Below, piece after piece: positions 1 to 8,665 of a DNA stretch of 56,043 bases. Within the stretch, counting starts at the first letter, position 1. Every line of letters starts with the position of its first letter. The DNA is taken from the NCBI GenBank assembly GCA_030608005.1, contig JAUWIX010000004.1:1-56043 (forward strand), given 5' to 3'. The translations under genes were made by a program, and so were the position numbers. The DNA is from Dehalococcoidia bacterium (GTDB taxonomy: Bacteria; Chloroflexota; Dehalococcoidia; Dehalococcoidales; BS750m-G39). The notes under the pieces are model-generated. The model did not search any database. It was given only the letters and a program-made list of their open reading frames with translations, and was not told where the DNA came from.

Positions 1-310
1 GTTTTACAAGCACTTCAGCAATACACTAATGTAGCAGAGCAAATAGGAGAAGCGGTTGTGAAATTCCAAAAGGCTTTGGTTAGACCTGAGGTTTTACAAG
101 CACTTCAGCAATACACTAATGTAGCAGAGCAAATAGGAGAAGCGGTTTTGAAATTCCAAAAGGCTTTGGGTAGGTCTGAAATTCTACAGACAGTTCAGCA
201 ATTAGGTGAACGGTATCAAGGAATGGCTGAAGTACTACAAAGGTTACAACCAAATTCTGAAGTTCTTAAGGCAGTTCAGCAATGGGGTGAAGAGTACCGT
301 AGGTTGATAA
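1..310 (+). repeat. In-frame 90-bp (30-aa) tandem repeat inside alaS, with two further degenerate units
   Basis: 1-90 and 91-180 match at 85/90 nt; 181-261 and 262-~310 repeat the xLQxxQQ..E pattern at protein level. Confidence 0.92.
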
Positions 311-1836
311 AGATTCCAGGCGAAGATGTATTTAAGCTATATGATACCTATGGCTTCCCCGTGGAGCTAACCGAGGAGATTGCAGCTAATCATGGCTTTT
401 CAGTAGATTTAGACGGCTTTGAGAGAGAGATGGAGAGACAGCGGGAGAGAGCAAGAGCAGCTTGGCCTAAGACTGAGATTAAAGATTTGAGAATTACAGG
501 ACTCGAAGTTATACGCAATGGTAAGATTTTACAGAGAGTTACCTTTCCCAAGGTTAAGTTTGTTGGTTATAAGAATCTCAAACATAAGTCAGTTATTATT
601 AGCCTCTTGGCTGGTAATGACTCTGTAGGAACAGTTGACGAAGGACAAGAGGCAAACCTGATTTTAGAGTCCACTCCTTTCTATGGGGAGATGGGGGGAC
701 AGGTAGGGGATACCGGTGAGATAATCAGCCCATCAGGTAGATTTTCTGTTACCAATACTATTGGAGTTCCACCAGACATTATTACCCACCAGAGGTATGT
801 TATTATCCACCAGGGGTATGTTACCCAAGGCAGTTTAGCGGTGGGGGATGAGGTTGAGGCTATAGTGAATAGAGAGCGGCGGCTTGATATTGCTCGTAAT
901 CATACCGCCACCCATCTACTTCAGTCGGCGCTCCGTCAGGTATTGGGTGCGCATGTTCAGCAACGGGGTTCGCTGGTAGCCCCCGACCGACTTAGATTTG
1001 ACTTCTCCCACCTCAAGGCGCCGACCAGGAAGCAGATAGCTGAGGTGGAGCGAATCGTCAACGAAAAGATTCGCCAGAACCTGAAGGTATATGATGAGGA
1101 CATCCTCTATAAAAAGGCTATAGAGGAAGGGGCTATTGCCCTGTTTGATGAAAAATATGGCGATGTAGTTCGGGTAGTGAAAATTGGCGAACCGAGAATT
1201 AGTGCTGAGCTTTGTGGCGGCACCCATGTCGCTGCCACCGGAGAGATAGGTCTGTTTCTTATTATTAGCGAAAACAGCATTGGTGCCGGCTTGCGCCGCA
1301 TTGAAGCAGTTGCTGGCAGAGGAGCAGAGGCATTTATCGCTCAGCGTTTATCAGATTTACAGGATATTGCCCAATCTCTAGGAGCTTCGCCAGAAGAGAC
1401 TCAGGATAAGGTCTCTAGCCTGGTCGCCGAGCTGGAGAAGGAGCGCAGACAAAGTCTGGCTCTGGAAAGGGAACTGGCTAAGAGAATAGCCGAGTCTTTA
1501 CTAACTCAGGCTGAGGTTATTAATGGAGTAACCGTGCTAGTAGCCAGGGTGCCATCTTTGCCGATGCCGTCCTTGCGAGACATGAGCGATTTGCTTAGGG
1601 ATAGGCTGAGAAGTGCTGTGATAGTCCTGGGAACAGTCTATGAAGACAAGCCTGCTTTTCTAGCCGCAGTAACCCCTGACTTGGTGGCTAAAGGCTATGA
1701 TGCTGGAGAAATAGTGAAACAGGTAGCCAGGGTAACCGGGGGCAGTGGTGGGGGTAAAGCAAGATTAGGTCAGGCAGGGGGTAAAGATAAAAATAAACTA
1801 GATGAGGCTCTCAAGTTGGCGAAAAGCTTAATATAG
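1..1836 (+). CDS. alaS: Alanine--tRNA ligase, C-terminal part (5' end lies outside window), with repeat insertion
   Basis: Frame open from base 1; motifs FKLYDTYGFP, TPFYGEMGGQVGDTG, editing HTATH and ELCGGTH, C-terminal GGSGGG (DHHA1/C-Ala). Confidence 0.97.
   Translation, partial: VLQALQQYTNVAEQIGEAVVKFQKALVRPEVLQALQQYTNVAEQIGEAVLKFQKALGRSEILQTVQQLGERYQGMAEVLQRLQPNSEVLKAVQQWGEEYRRLIKIPGEDVFKLYDTYGFPVELTEEIAANHGFSVDLDGFEREMERQRERARAAWPKTEIKDLRITGLEVIRNGKILQRVTFPKVKFVGYKNLKHKSVIISLLAGNDSVGTVDEGQEANLILESTPFYGEMGGQVGDTGEIISPSGRFSVTNTIGVPPDIITHQRYVIIHQGYVTQGSLAVGDEVEAIVNRERRLDIARNHTATHLLQSALRQVLGAHVQQRGSLVAPDRLRFDFSHLKAPTRKQIAEVERIVNEKIRQNLKVYDEDILYKKAIEEGAIALFDEKYGDVVRVVKIGEPRISAELCGGTHVAATGEIGLFLIISENSIGAGLRRIEAVAGRGAEAFIAQRLSDLQDIAQSLGASPEETQDKVSSLVAELEKERRQSLALERELAKRIAESLLTQAEVINGVTVLVARVPSLPMPSLRDMSDLLRDRLRSAVIVLGTVYEDKPAFLAAVTPDLVAKGYDAGEIVKQVARVTGGSGGGKARLGQAGGKDKNKLDEALKLAKSLI
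781..822 (+). repeat. 21-bp in-frame tandem duplication in alaS (ITHQRYV / IIHQGYV)
   Basis: attacccaccagaggtatgtt followed directly by attatccaccaggggtatgtt (19/21). Confidence 0.85.
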
Positions 1837-1878
1837 GATTGATACCCATTATCTAAAACAACCAGAAGGGCTGAAGAC

Positions 1879-2493
1879 GTGGAGTTAAGCGACATTATAG
1901 GAATCGTAATTGGGGTAGTTGGTGCTATTCCTTCTTATATTATAGCGTGGAATAAATGGCGGAAGAGGAGTCCTAGTTTATCAGTGGGTAAATGGTTGCG
2001 GGAAACGCGACAGAGTTACCCCTTCCTATTGGGTATAGTTTTTTCAGCAGTAATGGTTATGCTTTTTGTCTGTCCATTTGGGGAAGGGAAACCGGAAATT
2101 ACTATTACCTCTCCACTAGACAATGCTTTAGTCTTTCAAGATATTACTGTTGAGGGTTATACTACTAAGGAGCTAAGTAAGGACGCATATCTATATATAG
2201 TGATTGAACGTGGAGGGCTGTGGTGGCCACAGTGCAGCGAGGTCGCAGTTGGATATTCTCAGACGACTAAGAAATACCAATTTCAAACTCCTGCTAGGAT
2301 TGGGCAAGAAGAAGAGATTGGGCAGACATTCATAATACGAGCTATTTTAGTTGATTCAGCAGTACACCAGTGCTTTCAAAGCTGGTTTCAGCAGCATACT
2401 ATCGGAGAAGACTGGCCTGGGATTCCAATAACCGAAGTAAGCCGTAGAGGGGAAACAGAGATTTGCCACAGTATCACCGTAACACGCCGATAG
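1879..2493 (+). CDS. Hypothetical membrane-anchored protein (2 N-terminal TM segments, probable Ig-like beta domain)
   Basis: 204-aa ORF; two hydrophobic stretches, then ITITSP..VEG pattern typical of Ig-like domain starts; lies between alaS and ruvX. Confidence 0.7.
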   Translation: MELSDIIGIVIGVVGAIPSYIIAWNKWRKRSPSLSVGKWLRETRQSYPFLLGIVFSAVMVMLFVCPFGEGKPEITITSPLDNALVFQDITVEGYTTKELSKDAYLYIVIERGGLWWPQCSEVAVGYSQTTKKYQFQTPARIGQEEEIGQTFIIRAILVDSAVHQCFQSWFQQHTIGEDWPGIPITEVSRRGETEICHSITVTRR

Positions 2494-2939
2494 ATAAGTT
2501 TATAAAGCCCAGAAGCCGCTGCCTGGGACTTGATATTGGTGATAAGAGGATTGGGGTGGCTCTCAGTGACTCTGAGGGCATATTAGCCAGCCCATTTACT
2601 ATTATCAACCGCAGGGACGAGAGCCTGGATATAGAGGCTATTACCGACATTATCAGCCAGAAGCAAGTGGGGCAAATTGTTGTCGGTTTGCCACGCTCTA
2701 TGGATGGCAGTCTGGGTGGGCAGGCAGAGAAGGTAAAAGAATTCACCCAGAAACTATGTAGCCATACTGAAGTTCCTGTTGAGTATAGGGACGAGCGTTT
2801 AACCACGGTATTGGCTAAACGCCTGATGCAGGCGGTTAAGACCAAGAAAACCAGGGAAAAAGCCAGGAGCGATGCTCAAGCCGCAGCTCTCATCCTGCAA
2901 GGTTATCTAGACGAAGGACATGGGCCAAAGTTACCATAA
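2463..2939 (+). CDS. ruvX: Holliday junction resolvase-like / pre-16S rRNA nuclease RuvX (YqgF)
   Basis: LGLDIGDKRIGVA, VVGLP, DERLTT, AAALILQGYLD; start codon uncertain (TTG overlapping upstream ORF). Confidence 0.93.
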   Translation: MPQYHRNTPIDKFIKPRSRCLGLDIGDKRIGVALSDSEGILASPFTIINRRDESLDIEAITDIISQKQVGQIVVGLPRSMDGSLGGQAEKVKEFTQKLCSHTEVPVEYRDERLTTVLAKRLMQAVKTKKTREKARSDAQAAALILQGYLDEGHGPKLP

Positions 2940-3053
2940 ATTGCCCTCGGCCGGTCATCTATTTTGTTGAATGTATCAGCTGGCATAAGCTTTTGATATA
3001 AGCAGCCCTTATCATTGGAAATGTGGCTATATTGGTATATGAGAGGAGTAGCT

Positions 3054-3557
3054 ATGCAGATAATTGATAAAGGGTTTGTGAGAGCGCCTAAAAGCTACAT
3101 CATACAGAGCTTGTTTGCCGTGGCGGCGGTAGCCATAATTTTATATTTTGTTGAGGTGCTAACCCACGCTGCTATCGTGGCTGCTCTTGGAGCCAGCGCC
3201 TTTATTGTTTTTGCCATGCCACATTCAATTACCGCCACACCAAGAAGGTTAATCGGTGGGCACACTATTGGAATAATCTGTGGCTCCCTGTGCTACTACG
3301 CTTTTCTCACCGGTCCTTTAGGGGAACTAGCTGCAAATTGGGAATTTAGCCTTTGGTTTGTTTGTGCTTTGTCAGTAGGGCTGTCCATCTTTCTAATGGC
3401 AATTACCAACACTGAGCATCCACCAGCATCAGCTACAGCCCTCGGTATTGTTGCCCATGGAGGGTCATATCAAATAGTTATTTTTGTCTTATTATGTGCC
3501 GTAAGCTTAGCTATTATCAGAAGATTGCTGAGGGGGTACCTAAGAGACTTGTATTGA
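3054..3557 (+). CDS. HPP family membrane protein
   Basis: GASAFIVF..P, PRRLIGGH, EHPPASATAL; ATG at 3054 after GAGGAG. Confidence 0.9.
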   Translation: MQIIDKGFVRAPKSYIIQSLFAVAAVAIILYFVEVLTHAAIVAALGASAFIVFAMPHSITATPRRLIGGHTIGIICGSLCYYAFLTGPLGELAANWEFSLWFVCALSVGLSIFLMAITNTEHPPASATALGIVAHGGSYQIVIFVLLCAVSLAIIRRLLRGYLRDLY

Positions 3558-3564
3558 GGTAAAT

Positions 3565-4686
3565 ATGGACTTCAATCTTAATGAACAAGAGAAGATGTTG
3601 CAGAGGATGGCAGGGGAGTTTGCCATCAAGCTAGTCGAGCCGCGAGCTGCTGAAATTGACTCCAGCGGGCAGTTTCCCTTTGACCTAGCTAAGGAAATAG
3701 GCGAACGGGGATACCAGGGGCTGCCCTATCCTGCCGAGTACGGAGGCAGTGAGGCTGGCTATACCAGTTATACTCTGGTGTTGGAGCAAATTTGCCAGGC
3801 ATCAATGACTGTTGGTGCCATTATGGCAATAAATACTGTCCCAGAGGAGGCAATATTTCGCTTTGGTAATGAGGAGCAGAAAAAGACCTTCCTGGCTCCT
3901 CTGGTTCAAGGTGAGTTGCTTGGCAGTATCGCCTTTACTGAAGCCGAGACAGGCTCAGACCCGGAAGCAATCGCTACCATCGCCAGGAAAAGCGGCGATG
4001 GCTATGTAATCTCCGGTCAAAAGCACTTTGTCGCTCTCGCCCCCGCAGCCGATTTAGCCCTGGTCTTTACCAGGCGTGAGGGAAAAGGGCTAAACGCTTT
4101 TATCATTGATACCTCCTCTTCAGGGTATAATGTCCGCGAGCCTTGTGAAACCATGGGGTTAAGGGGGTTAGGCACCTCGGTGGTGTATCTTGATGACCTT
4201 TATGTACCTCAGCAGAACCTGCTTGGAGAGGAAGGACAGGGCTTTGGAATCCTTCTTGAAGCTATAACCCTGGGACGGCTGGGGGTAGCGGTGGAGGGAG
4301 TAGCTGTTGCCCAGGCAGCGCTGGAACTGTCTATAGATTATGCTAAGCAGAGAAAAGCCTTGGGTAAACCGCTTGCCAGACTACCCACTATTCAGTGGCA
4401 CCTGGCTGAGATGGCGAGCAGGATAGAGGCTGGCAGGTGGCTGACATATCGGGCTGCCTTCCTCCGTGACCAGGGACTGGATATCAAATATGAATCTTCG
4501 GTAGCCAAGCTCTTTGCCTCTCAAATGACGGTTGAGGTCACCCGGATGGCAATGCAGGTTCACGGTTCATATGGTACTATGAAGACCATGCCCATAGAAC
4601 GGCTATACCGGGATGCTAAAATGACTGAGATATATGTGGGTATCTCCGAGATGCAGCGGAATATCATTGCTAATTATTTAATTTGA
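3565..4686 (+). CDS. Acyl-CoA dehydrogenase family protein
   Basis: AFTEAETGSD, GQKHFV, MGLRG, QVHGSYG, ERLYRDAKMTEIYVG. Confidence 0.95.
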   Translation: MDFNLNEQEKMLQRMAGEFAIKLVEPRAAEIDSSGQFPFDLAKEIGERGYQGLPYPAEYGGSEAGYTSYTLVLEQICQASMTVGAIMAINTVPEEAIFRFGNEEQKKTFLAPLVQGELLGSIAFTEAETGSDPEAIATIARKSGDGYVISGQKHFVALAPAADLALVFTRREGKGLNAFIIDTSSSGYNVREPCETMGLRGLGTSVVYLDDLYVPQQNLLGEEGQGFGILLEAITLGRLGVAVEGVAVAQAALELSIDYAKQRKALGKPLARLPTIQWHLAEMASRIEAGRWLTYRAAFLRDQGLDIKYESSVAKLFASQMTVEVTRMAMQVHGSYGTMKTMPIERLYRDAKMTEIYVGISEMQRNIIANYLI

Positions 4687-4862
4687 GGGGGAGTTTGAGA
4701 GGGGTTTCGCTTTCCTTTATAACCTATCCCCCTTACCCCCTTCCCTTACTAAGGGAAGGGGGAGTGAAAGCAAGAGAGGGGGCGAAGCCCCCTCTCTAAA
4801 ATCTCTTCCCCCTCTCCTTTTAAGGAGAGGGGGATTAAGGGGGGGAGGTTGATAAGCAATCT
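4687..4862. repeat. Modular hairpin element R1
   Basis: CCCCCTTCCCTT-act-AAGGGAAGGGGG hairpin, GAGGGGGCGAAGCCCCCTC hairpin, TCCCCCTCTCCTT/AAGGAGAGGGGGA hairpin, right terminus GGTTGATAAGCAATCT. Confidence 0.9.
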
Positions 4863-6030
4863 TAATAGCTTCCATTTAATACAAACCTGCCTCCATAGTA
4901 AAGCCCGGGCTGGAGAACTCCTGACGCCGCATGGCGTAGTCCCCACGCCGGTATTTCTACCCGTGGGGAGCCAGGGCGCAATTAAAACGCTGACCCCTGA
5001 AGAGGTTAAAGCTCTTGGGCTCGCTATGGTATTGGCTAACACCTACCATCTCTACCTGAGACCTGGCATAGGCATAATCGAGAAAATGGGAGGTTTGCAT
5101 AAGTTTATGAGTTGGGACCGGCCTATTCTTACTGACAGCGGTGGCTATCAGATATTTAGCCTGGCCCCGCTGCGCCAGGTCAACGATGAAGGGGTTATAT
5201 TCCGCTCTCACATTGATGGTAGCCAACATCATATTACCCCAGAGCTAATTATTCAGTTTCAGGAGACCCTTGGTGCTGATATTATTATGGCTCTAGATGA
5301 GTGTCCAGCATATTATGATAGCTTTGAAAAGGTAAACAGGGCAATGGACAGAACACATCGGTGGGCGGAGAGATGCCAGAAAGCTCAAAAACGCCATGAC
5401 CAGGCTCTATACGCTATTGTGCAGGGCGGCATCTTCCCTCAACTTCGGCGTCAATCGGCGGAATACCTTACTTCATTAGAATTTCCCGGTCACGCTATTG
5501 GCGGCTTGAGCCTTGGGGAACCCAAAGAGGTAACTCTAGCCATGATTGAAGAGACGGCGGCTTTGTTGCCGGAGAGTAAACCACGATATCTTATGGGGGT
5601 GGGCTCTCCAGAGGATATTATTGAGGCTGTAGCTAGAGGGATTGACATCTTTGATAGTGCCCTGCCTACCCGTGTAGCCCGAAATGGCGCCCTCTTTACC
5701 TGGCAGGGGAGGCGTAACATTGGAAATGCTGCCTATAGCCAGATGGAGCAGCCTATTGTTCCCGGCTGCGATTGCTATACCTGTCGTAATTTCTCAGCAG
5801 CTTATCTACACCACCTGTTCGGTTGTGACGAGCTATTAGCCTATAGATTAGCTACTATTCATAACCTGAGCTTCATAAGTAACTTAATGGGTAAAATAAG
5901 AAATGCCATTCAGGATGGCACCTTCCTCTCTTTTAAGGATAACTTCCTGACAAATTACCAGCCTACTGATGAGCAGATACGGCTCAGCCAAAAGCAGAAG
6001 TGGCTGGAAAGGCGCAACTTGAGCCAGTAG
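4849..6030 (+). CDS. tgt: tRNA-guanine transglycosylase (queuine tRNA-ribosyltransferase)
   Basis: TPVFLPVG, LANTYHL, TDSGGYQ, DECP, PRYLMGVG, zinc motif CDCYTC...H. Confidence 0.97.
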   Translation: MISNLNSFHLIQTCLHSKARAGELLTPHGVVPTPVFLPVGSQGAIKTLTPEEVKALGLAMVLANTYHLYLRPGIGIIEKMGGLHKFMSWDRPILTDSGGYQIFSLAPLRQVNDEGVIFRSHIDGSQHHITPELIIQFQETLGADIIMALDECPAYYDSFEKVNRAMDRTHRWAERCQKAQKRHDQALYAIVQGGIFPQLRRQSAEYLTSLEFPGHAIGGLSLGEPKEVTLAMIEETAALLPESKPRYLMGVGSPEDIIEAVARGIDIFDSALPTRVARNGALFTWQGRRNIGNAAYSQMEQPIVPGCDCYTCRNFSAAYLHHLFGCDELLAYRLATIHNLSFISNLMGKIRNAIQDGTFLSFKDNFLTNYQPTDEQIRLSQKQKWLERRNLSQ

Positions 6031-6044
6031 TTGATTAAACCCGG

Positions 6045-6278
6045 CTATATCTCCTCACCAACCGGGTCAACCCTCACCCCTCTGGAGATAGCCCAAGCAA
6101 TTCCAGCTTCAATATCCTTCTCCTCACCCTCAAGCTCCAGTTCTATCCAGCCTCTGTCCTCGGTGGCATCAGCCCGGTGAATATTGGTTGCCAGGTTGAA
6201 CTGCTGACCAATATTATAAATAATTGGCTCAGAGCTTACCTCTGGGCAAAAGGTAAGCATTACCCGCCGTTTTGCCAT
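6045..6278 (-). CDS. Stand-alone NIL domain protein
   Basis: 77 aa; EPIIY....F.L.TNIHRA...GWIELELEG pattern, similar to the NIL domain of the 8224-8634 product. Confidence 0.8.
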   Translation of the reverse strand: MAKRRVMLTFCPEVSSEPIIYNIGQQFNLATNIHRADATEDRGWIELELEGEEKDIEAGIAWAISRGVRVDPVGEEI

Positions 6279-7264
6279 TTCTGCCCCCTTTCTACCGGCA
6301 TTCCCATTTTATATAGGCGCTGCCCGATGAGCCTCGCTTCATTGATAATACCCTCAATGCTCTCTCTTACCGTGGGTATTTCATGTATTAATCCTACCAC
6401 CTGACCACAGGCAATAGTGGCATCATTGACATCACCGCTAATGTAGCTCCTTTTGCTTCTATCACCGCTTATCATCGGCAGGAGCTGTTCCAATGTAGCC
6501 CCTTTCTCTTCCATCTCCAGCACTCTTTGGGCGAAATCTGTCTTCATTACCCTGGCAGCATTTTTGATAGAACGCTCAATGATTAAGGTATCCGTTTCTC
6601 TAGCTTGTAGCAGCCACTGCACGATTTCGGGATGCAGGGCACATTCCTTGCTGACCATGAACCGAGTGCCCATAAGCACACCCTCAGCGCCCAGGGCTAA
6701 GGCAGCAATAAAGCCCCTGGCATCGGCAATACCTCCGCCGGCGATAACCGGGATGTTAACCGCACCTACAGAAATAGGGATAAGGACTAGGGAGGTTACA
6801 TCATCCATACCTGGGTGCCCAGCCGCCTCAAAGCCAACAATGGTTACTGCATCCACTCCCACTCGCTCCGCCGTTTTAGCATCTTTTACCCTTGCTACCT
6901 TGTGTATTATCTTCACCCCGGCATCCTTGAGTCGCTTCATATATGGCTCTGGGCTTCTCCCAGCGGTCTCAATAATCTTTACCCCTTCCTCAATGGCAAC
7001 ATCAATATACTCTTCGTAGTTTATCTGTTGCAAGGTTGGCAGCAAGGTGATATTTATGGCAAATGGTTTATCGGTCAGGCTTTTTGTCTTCTTAATCTCC
7101 TCTCGGAGTTCTTTGGCAGTGGAGAAGGTGAGTGCGGCAATAATGCCCAAGCCCCCAGCTTTAGAAACCGCTGCTACCAGCTCAGCCCGCGATAGCCATA
7201 GCATTGCCCCCTGGATTATAGGATATTCTATACCCAACATTTCGGTAATTCTGGTTCTAAACAC
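6260..7264 (-). CDS. Nitronate monooxygenase / FabK-like flavin oxidoreductase
   Basis: TRITEMLGIEYPIIQGAM, GFEAAGHPG, PVIAGGGIADARG, GVLMGTRF. Confidence 0.92.
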   Translation of the reverse strand: MFRTRITEMLGIEYPIIQGAMLWLSRAELVAAVSKAGGLGIIAALTFSTAKELREEIKKTKSLTDKPFAINITLLPTLQQINYEEYIDVAIEEGVKIIETAGRSPEPYMKRLKDAGVKIIHKVARVKDAKTAERVGVDAVTIVGFEAAGHPGMDDVTSLVLIPISVGAVNIPVIAGGGIADARGFIAALALGAEGVLMGTRFMVSKECALHPEIVQWLLQARETDTLIIERSIKNAARVMKTDFAQRVLEMEEKGATLEQLLPMISGDRSKRSYISGDVNDATIACGQVVGLIHEIPTVRESIEGIINEARLIGQRLYKMGMPVERGQKWQNGG

Positions 7265-7285
7265 AACCGCCCCCTATTCTATTAT

Positions 7286-7490
7286 AGATTGTTTACTAAC
7301 CCCTCACCCTTTATCCCTCTCCCCTTACATAAGGGGAGAGGGAAGAGATTCTAGAGAGGGGCTTCGCCCCTCTTAAACACCCCCAAACAAGATAAGGAGA
7401 GTCAAAGAGAGGCTTAGCCTCTCTTAAAAAATCATTTCCCCCTTCCCTTATTAAGGGAAGGGGGCAGGGGGATAGGTTGCTAAACAATCT
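7286..7490. repeat. Modular hairpin element R2 with complete terminal inverted repeats
   Basis: Left AGATTGTTTACTAACC and right GGTTGCTAAACAATCT (14/16 inverted match); two purine/pyrimidine hairpins and two GAGGGGCTTCGCCCCTC-type hairpins inside. Confidence 0.92.
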
Positions 7491-8220
7491 CTTCTATAGA
7501 CATTTGACAGAGCTTTACCTCACCCCAGAGTCCCACCTTATCATCCTTGATAATAATCATTCCCTTCAACCCATCAATACCCTGGGCGAATTCAATCCCA
7601 CTGGGGATATCGTTGGGCTGGGCAATCAGGTTGCCTATGGCAGTGGCGGCAGCATCAGCCAGAGCAGCTGATTTGGAAACCACTATAACTGCATCGGCTT
7701 TACCATAACTCAGAGAATGCCCCACTGTTCCAGAAGAGGTGCAAATGCCTAGCGGTGTATCCTGCCCATTGATTTCCAGACCAATCTTGCCAGTTAAGGG
7801 CGATTTTCCAGCGTAAATCCCTATTAGTCTTTTCCTCGAGCTCTTCAGATAGATATCGCCCCCGTTTTCTACAATAATCTCGGGGGAAAAGGCTAGAAGC
7901 TGGCTGCCAACAAACTCAGCTATAGCTCCAGCTACTGAAGCCATAGGACCAATTCCTACTTTCCTTGCTGATTCTGCCATCTCGCTTACAAGGGGAGGGG
8001 CATCATCACCGATGGTGACCGGCTCCAGAGAGGTGAGAAATGATGGATGTCGCTCAATATACCTTTCCAGGGTGTCACGATATTTCAATACTAGCTTAAG
8101 TGCTTTCCGCTTCAGGTTAGTCCGGGCGCGGATATATAAATCTGTCTCCTTTACCACCACATTGAAAGAGACTAAGTCTTTATCTTTAACCCAGTGGCGA
8201 TAGGCTCTTGGCTGATACAT
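7480..8220 (-). CDS. UPF0280 / ApbE-like family protein (COG2122)
   Basis: GPMASVAGAIAE, IVENGGDI, GICTSSGTVGHSLSYGKADA, ADAAATAIGN. Confidence 0.92.
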   Translation of the reverse strand: MYQPRAYRHWVKDKDLVSFNVVVKETDLYIRARTNLKRKALKLVLKYRDTLERYIERHPSFLTSLEPVTIGDDAPPLVSEMAESARKVGIGPMASVAGAIAEFVGSQLLAFSPEIIVENGGDIYLKSSRKRLIGIYAGKSPLTGKIGLEINGQDTPLGICTSSGTVGHSLSYGKADAVIVVSKSAALADAAATAIGNLIAQPNDIPSGIEFAQGIDGLKGMIIIKDDKVGLWGEVKLCQMSIEEIV

Positions 8221-8223
8221 GGA

Positions 8224-8634
8224 CTAGAAATGCACCTCCATAGCTCGTGGAGGGCAAGCCTTTATACATAGTCCACAAGCCACGCACTTTTCATTATGAA
8301 AGTCGACCTGCCTGGTTACGGGGTCAAGTTCAAAGGCGCCGGTGGGGCAAATAGTGATGCAGGCACCGCAATGGGTGCATCTTTCCTCATTGCGAATAAC
8401 ATTCTGGCTGAGTGATTGAATTCTCACCCCACTTTTAGTCAGATACCTGATACCTTTATCATATTCTTTCTGTTTCCCACTCAATTCCAATACCAGTAGC
8501 CCCTCCTCTTCAGGGGTAATTGAAGCTTTTAAAATATTAAATTCAAGGTCATAATCCTTAGCTAGCCGGCATACTATAGGATGCTCCACGACCCACTTTG
8601 GAAAATGTAGGACTATTCTCTTGGAAACAGCCAT
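8224..8634 (-). CDS. NIL domain plus 2[4Fe-4S] ferredoxin (Fe-S partner of aspartate-semialdehyde sulfurtransferase)
   Basis: N-terminal FNILKA NIL motif; CTHCGACITICP and CVACGLCIKACP. Confidence 0.92.
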   Translation of the reverse strand: MAVSKRIVLHFPKWVVEHPIVCRLAKDYDLEFNILKASITPEEEGLLVLELSGKQKEYDKGIRYLTKSGVRIQSLSQNVIRNEERCTHCGACITICPTGAFELDPVTRQVDFHNEKCVACGLCIKACPPRAMEVHF

Positions 8635-8665
8635 TTTTGTCTCCTTTCCCAGGACAGGGTGTTTG

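Noticed and set aside
4749-5042. Short ORFs over repeats (4749-5042, 7047-7376, 50523-50729) sharing ERGLRP/RGASAPL-like peptides
   Set aside because: The shared peptides are translations of the DNA hairpin modules. These ORFs are antisense to real genes or lack RBS support.
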